Positions 40,083-48,399 of a DNA stretch of 64,000 bases are shown one piece after another. The translations under genes and the position numbers were made by a program. The DNA lies in the NCBI GenBank assembly GCA_039090665.1, contig JAWCSL010000001.1, positions 1 to 64,000 of the forward strand, written 5' to 3'. This DNA comes from Candidatus Aenigmatarchaeota archaeon (GTDB lineage Archaea > Aenigmatarchaeota > Aenigmatarchaeia > CG10238-14 > SCSR01). How positions within the stretch are numbered: the first letter of the stretch is position 1; each line of letters opens with the position of its first letter. The notes under the pieces are model-generated. The model saw nothing but the letters and a program-made list of their open reading frames with translations. It did no database searches and was not told where the DNA came from.

Positions 40083-40170
40083 ACAGGTAAAAGGCTCAAG
40101 ACCGATTCATGTGAAAAAAAGATGAGCATGAATATCGCCCAGAGCCGTACATGTCTTTTACCTGACCGAA
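40083..40170 (+). ncRNA. 16S BHB intron 2 (after Ec 1197), H/ACA-like hairpin
   Basis: CGGT/ACCG helix, AGA and AAG bulges; removal restores GACGGTAGGTCCGTATG. Confidence 0.9.
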
Positions 40171-40451
40171 GTCCGTATGCCCCGAATGCCCTGGGCCACA
40201 CGCGACGCACAATGCGCGCCACAATGGGATGCGACCCCGAAAGGGGAAGCAAAGCCCCTAAAAGCGCGCTCAGTTCGGATCGAGGGCTGTAACTCGTCCT
40301 CGTGAAGCTGGAATCCCTAGTAAGCGAACGTCATCATCGTTCGCTGAATACGTCCCTGCTCCTTGCACACACTGCCCGTCAAGCCAATCGAGCGGAACTC
40401 CATCGAGGCTTGCGATGAGCAAGTCGAGTTGGAGTTCTGTGAGAGGGGCTA

Positions 40452-40557
40452 ATCTTGGGGGTCCAGAAAAAAATAATATGAAAGAATTGGCTTGACTCTG
40501 ATGTGATGATGAGATGGAGGTGAGTTGATTGCTTGTATGGACCTCCCAAGAGCCTAA
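40452..40557 (+). ncRNA. 16S intron 3 (between Ec A1492/A1493) containing a full box C/D sRNA
   Basis: GGGC/GCCT helix, TAA and AAA bulges; removal restores GGGGCTAAGTCG; C, D', C' and D boxes present. Confidence 0.9.
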
Positions 40558-40832
40558 AGTCGCCACAAGGTAGCCGTACGGGAACGTGCGGCTGGATCAC
40601 CTCCTTACGTGCAACCCTACCTCAGGCACCATAAACAACCCTACCTGAAAGAATTTTCCTTTTTATCAGTACCAAAGTAAAAAAAATTAAGCTCGAATCT
40701 TTACCATTATCCTCAAATTTTTCAATTCTTTTCTTAAACTGTTTTCAAAAAGCTTGTGTTAACTAAAAACTAAAATAAATGAGAGAAAAATAGCTACCGA
40801 GCTTATAAAATAATAAAAATTGGGAAACCATT

Positions 40833-42851
40833 TCAAGCAAGAATAGCATATCTAGCGATCAAAGAAGCAAAGACAGAAGCTGTTAAAGACATGACTGTTA
40901 TCATTGTGTTCAAACTTGGTCCTGCTGTGTCCTTGAAAGGATCACCAACAGTATCACCAACAACAGCAGCCTTATGAGCTTCTGAACCTTTTCCACCAAA
41001 AGCCCCTTCTTCTATCAGCTTCTTAGCATTGTCCCAAGCTCCACCAGAATTTGCCATGAAAAGAGCAAAAATTATTCCTGTGATTATACTTCCTGCTAAA
41101 AAGCCCGCTAAAGCCTCTTTTCCCAAAATGAAGCCAACAAGCAAAGGTGCAGCTATAGCAAGCAAACAAGGAAGCATAAGCTCTCTTAAAGCACCTTTAG
41201 TTGCTATGTCCACGCATTTGGCATAATCAGGTTTAGCTTTTCCTTTCATCAATCCAGGAATTTCTTTAAATTGCCTTCTCACTTCTTCTATCATACGAAA
41301 AGCATTTCTCCCTACTGCCAAAATCAATAAAGCCGAAATCACAGGAGGCATCATGCTACCAATAAAAGTCCCAACTATAACCTTAGGCTCCATCAAGTTT
41401 ATTGAAAACAAACCAGTAGTCAAATCTTTCCTTATTTCAACAACTTCAGCGTAAGCCCCAAGCAAAGCCAAAACTGTTAAAGCTGCAGCACCAATCGCGA
41501 AACCTTTTGTTATTGCTTTTGTTGTATTTCCCAAAGCATCAAGTCTGTCTGTAATTTCCAAGACTTTGCCTTTCAAACCAGCTTGTTCCGCTATTCCTTT
41601 TGCATTATCGACAATTGGACCATAAGCATCAGAAGAAATTATCATTCCAACTATTGCTAACATACCCACTGCTGCTATAGCCACACCATAAAGATTACTT
41701 ACACCGAAAGCCCCTGCAAGATGCCAAGCTGCAAGCATTGCTACACAAATTCCGATGATTGAAGGTACAATGCTCAAGATTCCATAAGAAAAGCCTGAGA
41801 GGATGTTGATAGCAGCTCCTGTTTTTGCAGCTTCTGCTGTTTTTTTCACAGGAGCTTTATCGATTGATGTATAGTAGTTTGTTGTTATTCCTATAATCAT
41901 GCCAGATATAAGTCCAGCTAAAGTTGGTAAGAGAACACCAAAAGTTTGGTTTCCAAGTTCAAGAGCTTGAATCACAAAAAATGTTAAAATTGCAAAAATA
42001 AAACAAGTGGAAAAGGTTCCAACATTCAACGCAAGATTAGGGTTCTTTTTCTTGGCCAAATTGACGAAAATTAAACCAAGAAGAGAGGAAAAAATCCCAG
42101 CAGCTGCTATCAACAAAGGCAAGAAGATAAAGCTTGGAGCAATTGCTTTCCCAATTATCATGGCAGCTATGATGCTTGCTATGTAAGAATCTATCAAGTC
42201 AGCACCCATTCCTGCAACATCACCCACATTATCACCCACATTATCAGCAATAACAGCAGGATTTCTTGGGTCATCTTCAGGAATTTCCATTTCCACTTTT
42301 CCCACCAAATCAGCTCCAATATCTGCTGTTTTAGTGTAAATGCCACCACCAGCTTTTGCAAACAAAGCCAAAGCACTTGCACCAAAGCTGAAACCCAAAA
42401 CAATCTCAGGATCTTGGTAAATTTGGTATAAAATGCTTATGCCAAGCAAAGCTATGCCAACTATCATTAAACCCATGATGGCCCCACCATAAAAACCAAC
42501 AGAAAAAGCTTTTGCTAATCCTTTTCTTGCTGCATTTGTAACCCTAACATTTGTTTTAACTGCTGCCAGCATTCCAAAGTAGCTTGCTATAGCAGTGGAA
42601 AAAGAGCCAAGCAAGTAGGCTAGAGCTATGTCTGGGCTTAAGAAGAGAAAAATAAGAGTTGTCATGATGACAACGAAAATTGCCAAATAAAGATTTTGCC
42701 TCTTCAAGTAAGCTTTTGCTCCCACTTTTATCGCTTCAGAAATTTCTTCCATTTTTTTGGTTCCCGGGCTTTGTTTGCTCACATGGAAATACAAGTAACA
42801 AGCTGTGAAGATCGAAGCTAAGCCTGCGATTGTTGGGATTGAAGCAAACAT
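40833..42851 (-). CDS. hppA: membrane-integral pyrophosphatase (GNTTKA, K+-independent type)
   Basis: [39 protein letters not shown]. Confidence 0.96.
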   Translation of the reverse strand: MFASIPTIAGLASIFTACYLYFHVSKQSPGTKKMEEISEAIKVGAKAYLKRQNLYLAIFVVIMTTLIFLFLSPDIALAYLLGSFSTAIASYFGMLAAVKTNVRVTNAARKGLAKAFSVGFYGGAIMGLMIVGIALLGISILYQIYQDPEIVLGFSFGASALALFAKAGGGIYTKTADIGADLVGKVEMEIPEDDPRNPAVIADNVGDNVGDVAGMGADLIDSYIASIIAAMIIGKAIAPSFIFLPLLIAAAGIFSSLLGLIFVNLAKKKNPNLALNVGTFSTCFIFAILTFFVIQALELGNQTFGVLLPTLAGLISGMIIGITTNYYTSIDKAPVKKTAEAAKTGAAINILSGFSYGILSIVPSIIGICVAMLAAWHLAGAFGVSNLYGVAIAAVGMLAIVGMIISSDAYGPIVDNAKGIAEQAGLKGKVLEITDRLDALGNTTKAITKGFAIGAAALTVLALLGAYAEVVEIRKDLTTGLFSINLMEPKVIVGTFIGSMMPPVISALLILAVGRNAFRMIEEVRRQFKEIPGLMKGKAKPDYAKCVDIATKGALRELMLPCLLAIAAPLLVGFILGKEALAGFLAGSIITGIIFALFMANSGGAWDNAKKLIEEGAFGGKGSEAHKAAVVGDTVGDPFKDTAGPSLNTMITVMSLTASVFASLIARYAILA

Positions 42852-42908
42852 GAAATCACGATATATAAAAATTTTGTTCGATGATAACTTAAATTTTAAA
42901 CCATAAGA

Positions 42909-43320
42909 TTAAGTTAAGTAGTGCCTACATATTTCTAAAACTTTCCTACATTTTTCACACAAAAAATTCTCTATCCTTAAGTTAGAAGGATTGATTGACC
43001 AAAGATATTCGACCAACTCTTCGACCTTACTATAAGGATACATTAAACACTTGTATTTGTAATCTGGCTCATAATGATGAGTCAATCCGAATTTATTTTC
43101 AGCTATTTCATGTAAAAACCCGCAACTCAAAAATCTCTTCTTGATTTCTAAATATTGATTTGAAATAAAGAAAGTAGATAAATAAATTGACAAATAACTT
43201 TCTTTATCGATTTCTAATATGTTAGAAGCTGCCCAGCTCTTAAGGCCTCTCTCAAGAAAGTGATACGGAACTTCAGATCCTTCTGTGTAAAAGAATGGGC
43301 CGTAAAGTAATAATTTTCAT
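42909..43320 (-). pseudogene. hypothetical gene with apparent +1 frameshift just after the ATG
   Basis: ATGAAAATTATTA: removing one A opens a frame (MKLLLYGPFFY...) continuous with ORF 42909-43193. Confidence 0.5.
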
Positions 43321-43347
43321 TCCACACTATTAAGTTATTCTTTTTAT

Positions 43348-43696
43348 TTATGAAAGGTAAAACCAAGTCGAAAATCTCATTAAATTACAGGAGTGTTGAT
43401 CTTCATAAGTTTCTTTTGCCAATTTCAGTATTTTTTCTTTTGAATCTAATCCATATTTTCTAAGGATTTTCCAATTTTCTTCAGTTAGATTTCCAATTGA
43501 ACTTTCTGTAAGCTGAAGAAAAATTTTCTTTCCTTCTTCAGTTTCTTTGCAATTATCGGAAATTCTAATTTCCAATTGGAAAATTATTTTCAAGAAGAGT
43601 TTTCTTCAAAATATCTTCTAGTTCTCCATTTCTTTTTTCCACTAATATATCAAACCTTCTCATATTTTATCTGTAATATTTCTTCTGTCAAATCAT
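43348..43696 (-). pseudogene. hypothetical gene interrupted by single-base insertions
   Basis: frames join as ...YEKV-DILVEKRNGELEDILKK...FPI-EIRISDNCK... after removing single duplicated bases. Confidence 0.45.
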
Positions 43697-43786
43697 TTTT
43701 TTCAAAAAATCTATTTAGAGTAAGAAATTTTAAAAAATATAAAGAATTTAGTTTAAGTTCACAATTATTTAATACCAGCTCAAAAC

Positions 43787-43858
43787 GGGCCGGTAGATCA
43801 ATGGTAGATCGCCTCGCTTGCAACGAGGAGGCTCCGGGTTCAAATCCCGGCCGGTCCA
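43787..43858 (+). tRNA. tRNA-Ala(TGC)
   Basis: GGGCCGG/CCGGTCC acceptor with G3:U70; CCTCG-CTTGCAA-CGAGG. Confidence 0.96.
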
Positions 43859-43885
43859 TCAATGAAATTTTATTAAATTTAAATT

Positions 43886-43900
43886 CGAAATCTTTATAAA
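43886..43900 (+). promoter_or_regulatory. BRE/TATA promoter of the 23S unit
   Basis: CGAAA-TC-TTTATAAA ~25 nt before a GCCGGTG...CATCGGC hairpin. Confidence 0.6.
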
Positions 43901-43973
43901 TACAAAATACAACTTATTTATTTGCCGGTGTCAGTATGTCTGCTTAATTCGAGCATCGGCTTTCTTTATTTTA

Positions 43974-44033
43974 GCGATGAGCTTTGTCTTTCTCTGCTGA
44001 CAAAAAAGATGAAGATGTGGACACCTTGTGAGC
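43974..44033 (+). ncRNA. candidate box C/D sRNA in the 23S leader (A)
   Basis: C ATGAGCT 43977, D' CTGA 43997, C' ATGAAGA 44009, D GTGA 44028; 12-13 nt spacers. Confidence 0.65.
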
Positions 44034-44080
44034 AAGCTGCATGCAACTCCTTATTGAAAGAATAAGGGGTGAAGAGTGGA

Positions 44081-44141
44081 GGTTGATGATAACATTTATT
44101 CGCCTGAAAAAAGATGAAGAGCGAACTGTCTATTTGAAACC
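44081..44141 (+). ncRNA. box C/D sRNA in the 23S leader (B)
   Basis: GGTT/AACC terminal stem; C ATGATAA, D' CTGA, C' ATGAAGA, D TTGA; guides match 16S 39293-301 and 23S 47193-202. Confidence 0.82.
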
Positions 44142-46181
44142 ATAAGATGACACTACCACAGGATCAAGGAGGTCACTAAGGCCTAACAAGCTGACCCCAC
44201 TTGGTGGATAGCTTGGCTTCGGAGCCGAAGAAGTACGTGGCAAGCTGCGATAAGCCTGGGGTAGCCGCATGCAGGCGTAGATCCCAGGATCTATGAATGC
44301 GAATCGCTGGCTTCGGCCAACTCCGAAAGGAGGGGGAACGCGCTGAATTGAAGCATCTTAGTAGGCGCAGGAAAAGAAATCAAATTGAGATGCCGTTAGT
44401 AGGGGCGACCGAAAGCGGCAGAGGGCAAACCGAACTGGTTGGCGAAGAGCCAAACAGGATGTGGAGTTGTAGGACCTGTGTCCTTCCTATCCTAGCCGAC
44501 CTGAAGTCTGCTGGAAAGCAGCGCCAAAGAGGGTGATAGCCCCGTAAGGGAAGGCTAGGAGGAAGATGGCAGGTATCCTGAGTACCATTTCCTGGATGGG
44601 AAGTGGGAAGCTGGGTGAATTAACATCCAACCCTAAATACTCCCGAAGTCCGATAGCGAACTAGTATGGTGACAGAAAGCTGAAAAGCACCGCGAAAGCG
44701 GGGTGAAAAGAGCTTGAAACCAAGTGGGGATAGTCAGACACGGCCCGGAAGGTGCTCCTTCGAATGAAATCCGAAAGGAGAGTAAGAGAAGGAGCTTACA
44801 GGGTCGTGTCGTCCGTGCGGAAACACGGGGCAGGGAGTTTGTCTCAGTGGTGAGGTTAACTTGCTTTCACAAGGTAGCCGGAGCGAAAGCGATTAGCCCG
44901 CAACTGTTCTTTATGGACAGTGAGGGGCAGGGTATGAAAGTGCCTGAAATCACTGGGACAAGACCCGAAGCCAGGCGATCTAACCCTGGGTAAGGCGAAG
45001 TCCCTCGAAAGGGGGATGGAAGCCTGCTACCGGTGCTGAGTTACAAATCGCTCGGGTGACCTGGGGTTAGTGGTGAAAAGCCTAACGAGCCTGGCGATAG
45101 CTGGTTCCTCCCCAAATGCACGTCAGTGCAGCCTGGTCGGAGGTAGGCAATGGGGTAGAGCTACTGATTGGAAGGTCAAGGACCGAAAGGTTCAGCCTTC
45201 CTGTCAAACTCCGAATCCATTGCCACCTGAGAAGACCGGAGTGAGGGTGCTGGGGTAAGCTCGGCACTCGAAAGGGGAACAACCCAGCCTAGGGTTAAGG
45301 TCCCTAAATGCTAGCTAAACGCTGAAGGGTGTCTGAACCCTCAGACAGTAGGGCTGTAGGCTTAGAAGCAGCCATCAGATAATAAGTGCGTAACAGCTTA
45401 CCTACCGAGGGTTCGGGCCCCGAAAATGGAAGGGACTAAGCTAGCTACCGATACCCTAGACCGCGAAAGCGGGGGTAGGGAGGCGTCCTGCATGGGCAGA
45501 AGCCTCTGCGTGAGCAGGGGTGGACCGTGCAGGATTGAAGATCCTGCCGAAAGTAACAGCAAAGTTAGGTGAGAATCCTAACCACCTGAAGCCTAAGGGT
45601 TTGCCAGCAATGTTGGTCAGCTGGCAGTTAGCCGGTCCTAAGGGTGCTCTTAACCGAAGCACTCGAAAGGGAAAGCCGTTAATATTCGGCTGCCATGGGG
45701 ATACGTGCGGCGACGCAAGCCAGTTTTCCGACGCTTCGGGATAGGCAGACGCAAGCTAACTGCCGAAGTGAGCGGAGTCTCTTAATGAGGAGAAGCTCAT
45801 GAAGGCAGGAATGGCTCCTCGTATGAGGAGTTCTGCTGATTCCTGGAGCCCGTGAAAAGGAAAACTGGAAGGATTCCCCATGACCGTACCGAGAACCGAC
45901 ACAGGTAGGCTTGCCGAGAAGGCAAAGGTGTGTTGGGAGAACCCAGCCTAGGGAAATCGGCAAGTTGGCCCCGTATCTTCGGTAGAAGGGGTGCCTGTTC
46001 TCTCGCAAGGGAGAGCAGGTCGCAGTGACAAGGGGGAAGCGACTGTTTAACAAAAACGCTGGAGACCGCAAGTCCGAAAGGATGTGTACGGTCTCTGATG
46101 CCTGCCCAGTGCCGGTGTGTGAAAGCCCGGTTCAACGGGAAGAAGCCCCGGCAAACGGCGGCGGTAACTCTGACCGTCGTA

Positions 46182-46231
46182 ACTCAAGGCGGTCATTTGA
46201 TTTAATGATATTCCGCTGCCTTGGGCGGCAT
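46182..46231 (+). ncRNA. 23S intron (after Ec A1927) with D'/C' guide for H69
   Basis: GTCG/CGGC helix, TAA and ATA bulges; GGCGGTCA antisense to 46171-78. Confidence 0.85.
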
Positions 46232-46360
46232 AAGTAGCGTAATCCCTTGCCGTTTAAATGACGGCCCGTCTGAACGGCTTAACGACTTCCCCACTGTCCT
46301 GGGCTGGGACCCAGTGAACTCGCCTTTCCGGTGAATAGGCCGGAGACCTCCTGTGGGAAA

Positions 46361-46391
<31 letters not shown>

Positions 46392-46545
46392 GTGTTGTGG
46401 TAAGGTTGTGACTGCATAGAGTAGGTAGGACTCGCTATTAGGCTGAGGCTTCGGCCGAAAGCTGAGAGGAAAGTGTAACACTACCCTTTCGCAACCTTAC
46501 CGCTAACTCGAAAGAGGACAGCACCAGATGGGCAGTTCGGCTGGG

Positions 46546-46631
46546 AGTCTAGAAGTCTAAATGAGGAGTCCCTTAAGTTATGATTTTTTATGATTAAGGG
46601 CATACGAACCGAAAGGCTTCTAGACCAGCAA
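46546..46631 (+). ncRNA. 23S P-loop intron (Ec G2252/G2253) containing a full box C/D sRNA targeting 16S
   Basis: GCTG/CAGC helix, GGA and AAG bulges; removal restores GGCTGGGGCGG. Confidence 0.93.
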
Positions 46632-46686
46632 GCGGTACGCCCTCGGTAAAGGATCGAGGGCGCCCAAAGGTCAGCTCATCCGGGTC

Positions 46687-46775
46687 ATGGTAGAGTCTAG
46701 TAAATGATTGGACCGTTCCAGAATGATCTTAATGATTTCTGAGGTAGCTGATGAGAATAGGCTCTACCACCCGCA
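46687..46775 (+). ncRNA. 23S H84 intron (after Ec ~C2306) containing a box C/D sRNA
   Basis: CGGG/CCCG helix, TCA and CAA bulges; removal restores CCGGGTCAGAAATCCGG. Confidence 0.9.
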
Positions 46776-46919
46776 AGAAATCCGGAGTAGAGTGTAAGCG
46801 CAAAAGCTGGCCTGACTGGATTCCGCAAAGCGAGGAATCCAGCCGCGAAAGCGTGGGCTAGCGATACTTCGGTTCCTCTTAATGGGGGCCGGAGGTATCA
46901 GAAAAGCTACCTCGGGGAT

Positions 46920-46973
46920 AAACTAGCTAGGGCTGATTAAATTATTTTTCTTCATATCTAGCTAGTTCCCTAA
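46920..46973 (+). other. 23S hairpin intron after Ec U2449
   Basis: GGGG/CCCT helix, ATA and AAA bulges, 10-bp AACTAGCTAG stem; removal restores GGGGATAA. Confidence 0.88.
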
Positions 46974-47001
46974 AATGGGCCCGTGGCCGGCGAAAGCCCA
47001 C

Positions 47002-47072
47002 TGCTCGAAGGGGTTTTTCGTCCCAAAGATAGCGAGCCTCGGGTTCTGAACTCGAGCCCTTCGCGCGGGTAA
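47002..47072 (+). ncRNA. 23S H89 intron (after Ec ~2477) with antisense elements to the PTC
   Basis: GCCC/GGGT helix, ACT and AAA bulges; removal restores GCCCACATTGACCC. Confidence 0.88.
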
Positions 47073-47628
47073 ATTGACCCGGCGCGTTGGTGCGTCGATG
47101 TTGGCTCCCCCTCTCCTGGCCGTGCAGCAGCGGCCAAGGGTACAGGTGCCCACTGGTTAAAAGGGGACGCTAGCTGAGTTCAGAACGTCGTGAGACAGTT
47201 CGGTCGCTATCTACAGGAGGTGCTGGTCGTCTGACCGGAAGGAAGGGTTAGTACGAAAGGAACACCCTTCCGTGGCCTCTGGTCTACCGGTTGTCCATTT
47301 GGCATCGCCGGGCAGCCAAGCCATACGTGGATAAGAGCTGAATGCATCTAAGCTCGAAACCACCCGGAAAAATAGACGACCACTCTTGCTACTGGTGCGC
47401 AAGCATCGGTGGCAAGACGAAGGCCCCTGTAGACTACAGGTTTGATAGGGGAGAGGTGTAAGCCTCAAGCTTTCGAGCGAGAGGCGAGCCTGCTCCTACT
47501 AAAAGCCTGAGTTGTTAGGCCTTGATAAGCTCCTTGATCCTGTGGTAGTGTGAAAAAATTCTGATTCTCCCAAAAATATATACTAGAGTAGAGAAAACTT
47601 ATTTAATTGTCACTACATAGTAGTTATT

Positions 47629-48350
47629 ATGGAAATGGAAGAAGAATTCAATAAAAAACTTCGGGAAATAGGAAGGGCTTGTGGTAAGATAGCTTATGAT
47701 ATAAAAAACTTATACAAGGGTGAGGTGGAAAAAATTCTTTTTGTTGTTCCTTTGAGAGGAGGCTGGCCAATCTGGGAAGGTGTTTCTTACGGCTTGTATA
47801 AACAGTTAGGCAGTTTTGAAGCAGATGTTGTTTTTCTTCCTGCCACTTCAATAGTGGAAGAAAGAGACAAATTTATAGAAAATAGTTTGACACACTTGTT
47901 CAAAAAATTGTATCCTTGAAAGAAATTATAAGGCAGTAATAATTGTTGATGAAGCTGTAAGTGGATCTTCTTCAAAAATGGTTTTTGATAATGTGAAAAA
48001 TTGTGTGAAAAATTATAAGCCAGAGTGGAAAAGGTTTTTATTGGAAAGATTTGAGTATTGAGCTTTATTTGGTTGCAGCAAATAAAGGAGAAAAACTAAA
48101 TCCAAGAATTCGGAAGATGAGAAATGTTTTGATATACCCAATTGAAGATAAAATCATAACAACAGACAATTCTGAAATTTATCCTATGGAGTATGTAACA
48201 GAAGTTGGAAGAAGGGGTAGTGAAGATGATAAAATTTATAGAGTTGTAAAGCCAGATGTTGTTTTTGAGAAAAATGAAGTTTGGAAGGAGATTGTTAAAG
48301 AAATAGAAAGAGGTGTTGATGAATTTTTTGAAGCTCAAAACAAGAGTTAA
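47629..48350 (+). pseudogene. type I phosphoribosyltransferase-like gene with two +1 frameshifts
   Basis: VPLRGG loop; after a shift at ~47917, AVIIVDEAVSGSS PRPP motif; a second shift at ~48030 joins ORF 48051-48350. Confidence 0.65.
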
Positions 48351-48399
48351 ACAAAAATTCTTCAAAATTTTTATTCTTGGTCATTGAAAGCTATCTCCC

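Larger units (their letters stand above)
38869..40605 (+). rRNA. rrs: 16S rRNA with three BHB introns (mature ~1464 nt)
   Basis: ATTCTGGTTGATCC start; GTGCCAGCCGCCGCGGTAA; GGATCACCTCCT end. Confidence 0.98.
38826..40649 (+). other. pre-16S processing stem with BHB motif
   Basis: 38826-38861 pairs with 40615-40649; central GGTG/CACC helix with AAA and ATA bulges. Confidence 0.85.

Noticed and set aside
39140..40600. ORFs overlapping the 16S gene
   Set aside because: Shadow ORFs in GC-rich rRNA; no protein motifs.
40614..40646. Direct repeat ACCCTACCT after the 16S
   Set aside because: Explained as the 3' arm of the pre-16S processing stem.
43650..43899. ORFs 43650-43862(-) and 43576-43899(+) as complete genes
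   Set aside because: Both run through tRNA-Ala; only the 3' part of the minus ORF plausibly belongs to a frameshifted gene.
47511..47628. 5S rRNA after the 23S
   Set aside because: The sequence is the processing-stem arm followed by AT-rich intergenic DNA.
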